37,095 nucleotides of DNA from Pelomyxa schiedti (GCA_020536535.1 JAHLWZ010000965.1:1-37095), one strand, 5' to 3'; counted from the stretch's first letter, positions 22,663 to 33,232 are shown. Notes: generated from the sequence alone by a model not told the origin. Made by a program: numbers and translations.

Positions 22663-24501
22663 TCAAGACGATGCAGCGATTTTAAAGTGCGCACAAACGT
22701 CGTGAACAGAACGGGAAGCATATTGGCGTGAATGCTCCCGTGCCTCCCTTGTGTATCTGGCTTTATCTTCCTTGAAGAGTGTTGCTTTGTAGGTATCCAG
22801 GGGGTCATCTCCGTTGGGATGCTCCATGAGTGTTTTTATTGCCGTGAGAATGCGGGAGATGGAAAGTGCTGGGTTCCAGGCTGTGCTGAGTAAGTCAAGG
22901 CAAATTCTGCCATCGGAACTCATGTTGCAGTGATAGATGGGAACAATGAAGCGGACTTGTGGGGGATTGGCTGGGTAGGTTCCGGGGAACTGAATGCTGA
23001 GCATCCACCGGCATCCTTCGTATGGTGTTCCTGTTGGCCCCTCTATTAGCACTTTCCAGAACATACAGTCATCCGCATTAACCCAGGCCCCAGCAACAAT
23101 TGGTGTGGGTTGGCCAAGTAAATCCCGCAGCTCTTTGAAGACACGCTTGGTTGTGGTGGTTGATGCTGCTCGGGCTGCTAAAGCTACTTCATAAGCTCCA
23201 ACCAATACGGGTGCAGTTGCCTGCTTAGGTACCACAGACTTGACATCACTCACCCCCTGTGCCGCTTGGGTATTGAATAGACGCGAAAGGTCACCCTCTG
23301 ATCTGGGTGCCGATGGCGGAATGGCCGGAGGGTCGCGGCATGAAACCCGTAGTAATGCTTCTCGCTCGAAGAGACCTATACCTTGTGCGACTTGTGATAC
23401 TGCTAGACAGAGTCCTCCAGTGGTAGCTGCCATCGCCTGCAGCCAGTTGTTTGCACCAGCTAGGGGAAAAGCATCCAGAACTATATTCCTTTTAACCAAC
23501 TCTGCAGCAACTTCCCAGTGCCTCCTGGAGCTGGCTATTTATTCGTTAGGTCTAGGAAACTACACGAGAAAAAAAAAGGTACATGTATCATCTCCATCAG
23601 TCAAGCAAAATACTCTGGCGAGGCATTCTGGGTGCAGATCAGCAGAGTGTGATTTACGGAAATTTTCAATGTGCATGGCAGCATCGTAGATGGCATCGTA
23701 TAACTTGGTGCTCCCCTGTGATGTATCAAGCTCTCCCAGGGCACCTTCAAACTTGGTGCAATCCCGGGTGAAGGGTGTGAAATCAAGTCTGCTACCAAAA
23801 GTAAGCAACCCAATGGCATGAGGTAACTCTGCGCCAGCGTATTTATCAATCATGGCCTGGAAGAGGATTTTGCCCACCTCGGCCCTTGTTTTTTCTCTAT
23901 CGAAGGAGTCGGATTTCATCGAACCACTCACGTCGAAAGCAATAACATCAATCTGGGTGATTGGCCTCTGATCGCCGTGGTCAGGTTCCGGGCAAGACGA
24001 ACTTGACGAAGTGGATGTGGTGGCCACAGTTGTAGCTTCAGGAGTGGAAGACGAAGTTGAAGTTGTAGCAGGAGCAGTGGTTCCTGGTGGAGAAGTAGTG
24101 GTTCCAGGCATGGAACTAGTCCCTCCAGCAGAGGTACCAGGACCACCTGTTGTTGGGGGTGCAGCAGCAGTTCCAATGAAGCGGCGAAGTGCATCCTTCA
24201 CTCCAACTGGTAAATTCAGCTCTTTCCATCTAAGAATCAATGGCCGGTTAGGGGGAATGTTTGTACTAGTATATTATCCTTATACAATGTCATTGGGTGC
24301 AATTTGGCAGCGAAAATAGGGTTAGTAATTATAAAAAATGAAAGTTGGTAAGTACGAGACATCAGTTGCATCCCTGAGGTCATCAACTGTAGTGAATTCT
24401 TCGTTGTGAAGTACGCCCATCCACTTTTCACGTTTATCCTGAGGCTTGTCGGGAAACACAGCCTCCATAAACGCTTGGTCGATTTGCAATTTCGTTGTCA
24501 T
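22663..24501 (-). CDS. SAM-like + vWA + ubiquitin-conjugating enzyme (E2) fusion protein
   Basis: Exon 1 ...LHNEEFTTVDDLRDATDVS|WKELNLPVGVKDAL (SAM-like); vWA IAFDVSGSM, GLLTFG, TKLYDAI, FCLTDGDD; E2 KRVFKELRDL, WKVLIEGPTGTPYEG, YPANPPQVRF..IYHCNMSSDGRICLDLL..WNPAL, PNGDDPLD. Two GT-AG introns. Confidence 0.92.
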
Positions 24502-24757
24502 TCGTTCTCTGCCTTATTGTTTATGATTTGTAGTGTGTTGGTTGTTTTCTTGTTTTTTGTGCTTGTGCAATACCTTTGGTTCGTTGTTACCTCTTGTTCA
24601 AAAAAAAAGTTTCGTTTGGTTTTTGAAAGTCCTTCGTAAATCAGTTGTTCAAGGAATCCTTTTTACCGGCAAAACGGCCATTATTAAAACCCTTCCTTTT
24701 TCAAAAGAAACAAAAAGTAGTAAAAAAACCAAACAACCAAAGCACTCTTGTTGGACA
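24502..24757. promoter_or_regulatory. Putative bidirectional promoter between the vWA-E2 and RhoBTB-U-box genes
   Basis: 256 bp AT-rich gap between two divergent ATGs (24501 minus, 24758 plus), with T-rich and A-rich tracts. Confidence 0.6.
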
Positions 24758-27062
24758 ATGGAAGCGATAAAAGCGGTTATTGTTGGTGATGGTGCCGTGG
24801 GAAAAAGTTGCCTTTTGATTAGTTATACAACTAATGCTTTTCCAAGTACGTCTTCCATTAGGTTTTTGTATTTTTTTTTTAATCAAACTATCACAGGTGA
24901 ATATGTTCCGACTGTATTCGAGTGTGCAGCATACCTTTTTATACTTTTCCTGCTCACTTTTTCCCCAGCAACTACTCTGCAAATATTATGGTCGATGGGA
25001 AACCGATCAGCCTTGGATTGTGGGACACAGCTGGTCAAGAGGTAGATTGATAGAATGTTTGTAGTGTATTATGACACAAAAAAGGATTATGATAGGCTGA
25101 GGCCATTGTCTTATCCTCAGACTGATGTATTTATTATTTGCTACAGCTGTATCAGCCCCACAAGCTTGGAGAACGTAAAATCCAAGTGGATCGAAGAAAT
25201 TAGACATCACTGCCCTGCTGTTCCAGTTCTCCTCTCCTGCAATAAATGTGACCTGAGGAAAGATGCCAAATGGTCATCCAAACAAGTACCAAAAGCACAA
25301 GGTGATGCCATAGCCAAGGAAATCGGTGCTGTGGGGCATTTTGAAACATCCGCCCTCACCACAGTCGGTTGCAAAGACCTTTTTGATGCTGCAGTCAGGG
25401 CGGTTATATGTGCTCCCAAATCCGCCAAGAAGGCAAAAGCCAGTGGAGGTGTATTTGGCTGGTTCGGAGGAAGTTCTTCATCCTCTTCATCTGAACCTTC
25501 GACACCAGCACTTCCTCCACCTCCAGTGCTGCCAAAAGGCATTCCTGCACCCTGGATCAATGTAGCTCCTTCCACATACTCAGACGATATGCGCCGCTTG
25601 CTGAATCACCATCGAGGGTCCACAGATATTACATTCATTCTTAGAAGTGAGCCGCCCAACACACAACCAGCTCTGCTTGCCCATAGCGTCGTGTTGATAT
25701 CGGCATCAACTTTGTGGAAACGATTGTTAATCGAATCTCCACATCTATGGCGAGAGCGAAAGCCTGTAGCTCTGGTGCCAGCTGCCGTTGAACCAAGCTC
25801 TACTGACCCAGCTCTTCCTGACAAACCATTGCCTGAATTCCTTGATCCAGTTACTGAAGAGTTGATGCAAGACCCGGTTATAGCCGCCGACGGGCATACT
25901 TATGAAAGGAGTGATTTACTTGTCTGGCTGAGCAGGCATGACACCAGCCCCGTTACTGGAGCTCCACTTGCAAACAAGGAGCTGGAGCCCAATGAAAAAC
26001 TCCATGCACGTATTGAGGAGTTCTGTTTGAGGACTGGATGGAAGGCCAAGGGCTCCATGCTAGGTGGGCCAGCAATTCCTGCGTCTCCTTTTGGATGCTA
26101 TCTCATTGAAGCAATCCAATTCGCAAATCAGGACCGTCCTGAGAAAGGCTTGGTGGTTGTAATGGAAAATAGTGTTACCCGCCCAGCAATGGAGCGCCTG
26201 ATCGAGTTCTGGTACACCGGATTGCCAGGGATACCTACTAGTGCTGCTGCTGACCCGGTAGTCCAGCAACTCACAACCGCTGCCACTGCCTTTGGCAGCG
26301 AACACCTTGGCACAATATGTAAAAACATAGAGGAGGGGAGAGACATGCTCAACCCATCAATCGGAACATGGCTAAACGACGAGACCGGGAAGGAAGCAAA
26401 GGCACTCTTCCTGGGTCACGAAACCATGGCCGATGGAGCTTTCCTCGTTCAGGGAAAAACAGTACCGGTGCACAAATCATTCCTGAAGGCCCGGTGCAGT
26501 GTTTTGGCTTCACTACTTAAAGGTGATAGCCCTACAGAAATCGAAAACGTTTCAGCACAAAGTTTCCTGGCAGTGCTCGAATTTATCTACACAGATCACG
26601 CTCCAATAGACACTGAATGTGACACAGACAGATGCGAGGTTCTACATCTCGCTCATAATCTAAAACTCCCCAGACTAATTACACTTGCGGAGCTGTATTC
26701 CTCCAAGGCAGTTGAAGTAGCCACACGGGAAAGTGTCAGTCAATGCAAAATGCCTATTTGCGCCTTGCTCGAAGCGGCACAAGATGCAGACGCCCAGCAA
26801 CTTGTTAAATTCATGCAACACTTCTGCTGCACAAACTACGGGCCCATTTCACAGCGGTCTGACTTTGCCAAACTGTCATCAGCGAACAAGCACTACATTG
26901 ACGAAAACCAGTAAGACCAGTCCCTATTTGTTTCTCTGTCCTCCTTCTAATACAAAAAACAACTACAGGTGGCCTCCCAAGAGTTATCTCAAAGAAGTTG
27001 AAGACTACGAGAAACTCGTGGCTGGTGCTGGTGGAAAGAAAGATAATTGTAGTGTCATGTAA
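24758..27062 (+). CDS. RhoBTB/RacA-type GTPase with a U-box inserted in the split BTB1 domain and a C-terminal CAAX box
   Basis: Rac-like G domain ([43 protein letters not shown]), then a Pro-rich linker. BTB1 N-half [17 protein letters not shown]; U-box [40 protein letters not shown]; BTB1 C-half LIEFWYTG; BTB2 [30 protein letters not shown]; C-terminal WPPKSY and ...KKDNCSVM*. Four GT-AG introns. Confidence 0.93.
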
Positions 27063-28094
27063 ACTTCTTTGTCCTGTTGGAAAAAAGTTTTTCATTTTAC
27101 ATTTGCGGTTGTTGGGCTTGATTACGAATTGATGGTGGGATTCCAGCGGTGTTGAGGTTATTGCCTAAATTGTGCCAGTTGGTTTCTGTTGGCGGAGTAT
27201 TCATGGCTGTGTGAAGTTTGTGGGATGGGACCAACAATGCACACCAGTGTGCGAGCCACTTGGTGGTCTTTTCTGCCATTGGCACTGGTGTGCTCCTCAG
27301 TGATGTTCTTGAACATCAATTGAAGCTTGTGCCATGCCAATCCCATCAGGAGATGTGGGGAATTTGATTGCTGACTTCAAGGTATTTTGTCCTTGAATGT
27401 CTCCCCTGGAAGAAATCAATGTTAAAACTATGATGAAATAAATCAACCACAAAGGGCCGATTTGAATGTGTGTATATACGTTTCAGGTAGACATAGTAAC
27501 CTAAATACAACACACAACACACAAGTGGGCCATCGTAGCATACCCAACAAATGAACAACACTGTTTCGTGTATGCAACGTCTTCCGACGTTGAGGACCCT
27601 GCTGCAGCGAAAAAGATTGCAGTCCTTGGTTGATGTTTTGCGCGAGACACTCCTTGACTTGTGTGAAAACGCTCCATGTCCGGAACCAAGTTGGCGGAAT
27701 AAAAAAACACCAGACCGCCGATCCTGAGCGACGATAACGAAAATGACAGCGTTCCGGTCCGTTGATTATTTTATTCAGCCAGTAATGTCGTTGTGCCGAG
27801 TGTAGAACGAAAAGTGTGTCGTTTTGTGCTGATCCGCATTTTATTGGGTGCACGGCACCCCGGGGTGTTTAGATGGTGCTTGTTTAGTAAAACCCAGATA
27901 CAGGACTTGGGTCAACAAGTACTTACTGGAAATAACAACCCTGTGTGTAGGAATGGGGTTTCCTTGTTTGGACCAACAACACTCTAGTTACCTGCAACTT
28001 TTCTGCGGCCAACACCAGTTCTTTTTTAAGGACTTTCGGTTCGATTTTTCCCGTTTTGCTTACAGCTGTAAGCAAAAAGGGAAAAATCTAACCG

Positions 28095-30191
28095 ATGATA
28101 AGTAGTTGTCTTTGGGTGCTTTTTGCATCAGTTGGTGTACTATTGCACGAACACTGCGTGAACGAACGCGTTGGTGTGGTGTCAGAGATCGTGGGGTTTG
28201 TGTTTTTGGGATCCTCACTGGTGTTATCTACTGGTGCCTTCTTTTGGTTTGTATTACCTCGCTGTGATGAAATTATTCGGAGATGGAAAGGTGGGTACCT
28301 GCGTTTGGTTTTTGTTTTTTCCTTGTGAGTGTTGTTTTGACTCACACAGTTATGAGTGCTATTGGAGTGTTGGAGTTCTCCTTGGCCTGGGTTGTAGTTA
28401 AGGATCCCAAGACTTATTGGGCTGCCATATCTAGTCTTGGCCTCATAGTTTTCATTCATTTCACCTATTATACTGCCTGTGGGGTGGCTTCGCTCTACTC
28501 AAGTCACACAAAGAGTTTGCTTCTCCACAACTTTCAGTTTTCAACCTTTATTCACAGTTACTGCTACTGTACTTGGTGCACTGTGCTTGAGCAGTCTCTT
28601 TCTACCATGTGCACAGTACCTCAAGTTCACTGTTCTTATGGTGCTCTTGATTCTTCTCTCTGAGTTTATACGTGAGGAGACAGTAGATGAAGAGATACAA
28701 AGAATTCTCAAAAGTAAATTGGATGACCTGGACAATACATTTCGCACTATGCATACGCACTTGAGTAGTTGCCGATTCTTCGGTAAGAGTATCAGGGAAA
28801 CATTGGATTTATTGAATAGCCAGGTAATTGTCTGGAACCTCAAGTATCTTAACCATCCTCCATAATTAGATCTATGACAGTTGGAATGAACTGAAGAAAA
28901 ATGACTATAGCAAGCCCTTCTTCTACTGGGGGACAAAGTGGGTTCGCACAAAAATCCATGAAGTTTTCTGGGCCTACACCATAGAAACGATACTGGAAGA
29001 TGGGCAATACCTTCTTGTGTTATTTTCAGTCCGGCTGCTGTGGCACAAAGTATGGCCACTGATACTTCCTCACATGAATTGGATGTTTTCTCCTGGAGTT
29101 TGGGTGAAAAGGGTGGATACCACTGTTATCACCATGGTTGTTCAGTGGTGGTGTTCAATTTTTCTCACGCTGACAGGATTTGCCACCTTCTTCCTTGTTT
29201 TCACCTCGTTTTTCTTGGCACTCACTCAGGTTCATAAATCACAAGATCACATAAAATTAAATGTAAAAGGTTTAACAGGTGGGCTTCATACTTGCGCTTC
29301 TGGTGAGGTTTTCCAAGCTGAGGGTGGATGCTCTCAATAAAGGAATGCACGACACCTTTCTCGCGTGCATCAAAATGTGTTTGAATATTATTTTCATCGT
29401 GTTCCCACTTTCAGTGGTGAGGGCAATTGTCGCCAAACTAGTGAATTTCACAATCGCCATTCATGTGCTCAGTTTTGGGGTATGCTTTTATGTAATGGAA
29501 TTTCTGTTGGATGTCGATACCCCATACGCTTTCTGGATTGTATTGTATGATCTCATTTCATAATTCCTTGGCACCCACTTTCCTCAGAACTAAAGCTTTT
29601 TGGGGAGTGTTTACGAAGTTTCTTGATCAAACTGTATTTCCAGTACTCCCTTTTTTCCTTCTATGGTTTATTGTAACTTGGTTGATGTCCATTGCAAGTA
29701 GAAGCCTTCTCATTTTAAAAAGCTCTGAAATTACACACCCTCCAGATGACATTGAGGAAAAACTGTTCCGCTATGACTGCGTTTTGTACCATCTCTCAAT
29801 TCAACTTCTTCAGCTTGTTTTTTACGCGTGGATACATTGCGTTGGCGTCACATTGGCAAATCTAACCGGAGCCCAGCAGATAGTCATCGTTGTGCACGGT
29901 GTCTTTGTGCTCAATTACCTCGTGCAGTGGGTTCAATCAACGACACATTCAGTGACAATGTCGCAGCCCTCGATTCTCTGTCAGGTTTTTTTACGTTTCG
30001 ATCCATTAAAACGCTGACAGGATCCCTATGATACCGATGCCGATCTTTCCTATTTTAGCAATTCCGAAGTGAGGTGGCTCCATGTGATGGAGGTGATCAC
30101 CACTTTAATTGCGTGGCCTGTTGCACTCTTACTGTGGGTGCGGGTGCCTTTGCCATTCTCATTACACCTCACGCTGCCACAGCTGAACTAG
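28095..30191 (+). CDS. Hypothetical polytopic membrane protein
   Basis: A series of hydrophobic exons separated by short GT-AG introns. The final exon DPYDTDADL...WPVALLLWVRVP...QLN ends at TAG 30189-30191. Family not recognised, and one junction (~28940-29020) is unresolved. Confidence 0.6.
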
Positions 30192-30254
30192 TAACACAAC
30201 AAACCCTTTTTCCTTTCCAGTAAAAAGTTTTATCGTAATATTCTGGGAAGAGTG

Positions 30255-31511
30255 ATGGGGTGGTGTGTGTTGGTAATACTCCTCGGACTGACGATGTCGT
30301 TTGGTGTGGTGGTTTGGTTGAGGAACTGTTATGGGACGTGGGGGAAAAACAGCAGGATGGTGAGTCGGCTGGTGCGCGACCGTCACATTCGCAACGCAAG
30401 GCATCATCACTTTGATTATGGGAGATAGAAGTCGTGGGAATATTGATTGCTCTTTAAGATTAGAGTATTGCTAACTAACTTGCCCCGTTTCTGTGTCACC
30501 ATCATCACTTTTTGTTCCATTTCGAAAGACTGGCTTTGGCAATGAAAAAAGTGAATAGAAGCTACTTTGTGAATGCACCTGATCCATTCGTAAGTGCCGC
30601 ATTGCCAATTGGTTCGTACTGCTAAGTACTCTTTCCTGTTTGTAATGGGTTGCAAGGATTCGGAGCAACTATCAGTGAACCTAGCATGGTATTCCTATTT
30701 TATGCACCGATTAGGTATTGTTAAGCATTTCCCAGGCGGCCATAGGTCTTGATGTAGTGACAGAAGTTATTAATCCTGGTAGCACTGTGATGGATATTGG
30801 AAGTGGATCCGGGTATACATCAGCAATACTTGCACTGCTGGTTCTTTCACTCTTATTTGAGCCATATCTGAGACTGATAAGGTTGGACCCACTGGACATG
30901 TTGTTGCCATAGATCACATACCTGACCTTGTAAAGCAAGCCCAGGCAAACATTTCCAAACTAGACCATACTTTACTAAAACGCATCACGTTCCTGGGTGA
31001 GTCATTTTCCGCTGGTCTAAATTCCTTATTCCAATAAGTTTCCGATGCAAAATTTGGGAGTGCTGCCAACGGACCCTATGATGCAATTTATGCAGCAGCA
31101 GCACCTGAACGTATGAAGCATTTGCCTCGTTCTTTCCGGAATAAAGTAAAGTATTTCAGAAATACCGCCAGAACTGGTAGAACAATTGAAAGTTGGTGGG
31201 CGCTTGCTCATCCCAGTAGGTTGCATATCCTTAATACAATACTTAAGCCTTGATAGGTTGGTCCTGCAACCAGCTTCCATCAACTTATTCAAGTCGTTTC
31301 CTATCAGAATTTCTATTTTTCTCCACTCACCCACAGTTTCCCTAGGTTGATAAACTAGAACCAGGAAAACCACCTCAGATTAAGAACCTTGGCACAGTGA
31401 GGTTTGTACCTCTCGATAACCCAGAGGACCAGGTCACATGCAGCAAGAGGCTAAAAATTCCAATCACAACAACCTATGTGCCAGCTCCAGATATGTCTCT
31501 GGAACAACTAG
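30255..31511 (+). CDS. PCMT: Protein-L-isoaspartate O-methyltransferase (PIMT/PCMT) with N-terminal hydrophobic anchor
   Basis: NSRMVSRL..HIRNAR|LALAMKKVNRSYFV, IGFGATISEPSM, SAM motif I VMDIGSGSGY, VGPTGHVVAIDHIPDLV, GPYDAIYAAAA, QLKVGGRLLIPVG, VRFVPL. The 3' end is ambiguous: TAG 31509-31511 via intron 31433-31484, or TGA 31614-31616. Confidence 0.88.
30401..30528 (+). other. Probable GC-AG intron in PIMT
   Basis: AAC GCA AG|GCATCA...CGAAAG|A CTG GCT restores the conserved PIMT N-terminal helix pair. The nearby strong GTGAGT donor is in the wrong phase. Confidence 0.65.
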
Positions 31512-31612
31512 ACCAACTCAAGAAACAACTAACAGAAAACATTTACCATTCGCGCCGTTTCGTTTCGAACTCATCACTTTTTTTTTCCTTGAACTACAGG
31601 ATACAACGAGAA

Positions 31613-33232
31613 ATGAACGACGTAGTTTTGGGGTTCCTGTGTGCCCTTGGTGGTGGTTTGGTTGGTGGATTGTATGTACTTTGAATTGTTGTTGTTTCAA
31701 ATGCTCACACTGGATTGCTTTTTTTTTTGTTTTGGGATGGGATGACAGGTACACAACACCAATGAAGTTGAGTGTGATGCAACGTTGGAAGTGGGAAAAC
31801 CAGTGGTTGTTATACAGTTTCTTTGCCCTCATATTTTTTCCTTGGTTGTTCGCTGCTTCTACAATTTCTCCAGATATAATTGATGTACGCTGGAACGTCT
31901 TCTCACCAACAACTCTTTGTTCTATACGGAATTACCTAACCAATGACAACATGCATGTTGAATAACGGCCTACTTAGATTCTTGCTCATTCACCAGGAAG
32001 TGCAATAGCAGAAGTGGCTTGCCTTGGTTTTGGGTGGGGTGTTGGGTGCACCACATTCGGAATTGGTGTTGCATGGGTGGGCCAGTCTCTCACATTTGGA
32101 ATTGTCCTGGCACTTTGTTCCACTTTGGGCAGTGCCATACCTTTGCTGGTTTGGAATACTGACCAAGCTGGGTCACTGGTAGGAATATTTGATTGGATAG
32201 GGCTGGCTGTAAGTGTTGGTGGCGTGGCAGTATTAGCACTGGCAGGCGATCAGCGCGATAAAGAGCAAAACCGGTACCGTGATTTGATTGTAATTGTCTT
32301 ACTCTAACAAGAGGAAAACGCCAAAGTGCAGCTGTCAATAGTGAGGAAGTCCATCTTTTGAAAGAAGATGACCCAAAAGGTAGTTGTGAGATTTCTTTTT
32401 CTTTTTGTCAAACAAAAAAAAACAAAAAACCAAATTAAGGGCAAAACACCAACAATATACAGCTAACAAGCCATTCAAGGTGGGGCTACTTATTTGTATC
32501 ATATCTGGGGTCCTTTCATCATGCCTAAATGTTGCTTTTGCCTGTGGCGCCCCAATAAACGATATTACTCAGCAATATGGAGCCTCCTCATATCTGGCAA
32601 ATAACGTTGTGTGGGCAGTGGCTGTTACAGCTGGATCCATACCAACATGCGGATATTGCACCTACTTGTTGATTACCACAAAGTTTGTTTAACTCTCTCA
32701 TAATTATTAAAGTAAATATGGCAATAAGCTTTTTAACCATTTTTCGTCTACTAGAACGTGGAGACTCTTTGGGGTTAGTTGGAAGGTGTTCCTTCTCAAC
32801 CTTGGTTTGACCGCAGTTATGGGAGCAATGTGGTATTTCTCCAATATTGTATACGGCATTGGAGCCAACATGATGGGTTCTCTCGGTGCATCAGTCGGTT
32901 GGCCCATTTACATGGTCACCATGGTCAGCCAATTCCCCAATCCATTAGAACACTCTCTCTCTCTAAATCCCATCTTTAAACATGGCACTCTCTAACAGAA
33001 TCCCCAGGTTCTCACTGCCAATGTTGCCGGAATGCTGACAGGCGAATGGCGTGGTTCTAAAATGAAATCGCGCCTGCTATTGGCCGCTGCTCTCGTAATC
33101 TTGGTTGTTGCAATTGCACTTTTAGCAATCGGCAGCACCTTCAGTGAATCCTCCTCTTCCTCATCCTATCTCTCGTCTCCTTTGGATTTGCTCTCCTCTT
33201 CTAATGGAAATAACATCACTGTAGTTTTTTAA
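31613..33232 (+). CDS. rhaT: RhaT-family L-rhamnose/proton symporter-like transporter (DMT superfamily)
   Basis: Motifs: YTTPMK..WKWENQW, FPW, GFGWGVGCTTFGIGVAWVGQSL, LGSAIPLL, GLLICIISGVLSS, GAMWY..YGIG, SVGWPIYM, ANVAGMLTGEWRG. Six GT-AG introns. Confidence 0.8.

Noticed and set aside
27097-27410. TGA readthrough/selenoprotein on the minus strand
   Set aside because: In-frame TGAs are not in a redox-like motif, no SECIS could be identified by eye, and other genes in the window use TGA as a normal stop.
30192-30428. Fusion of the polytopic membrane protein with PIMT
   Set aside because: The upstream gene ends in tandem stops TAG TAA at 30189-30194, and PIMT has its own ATG at 30255.
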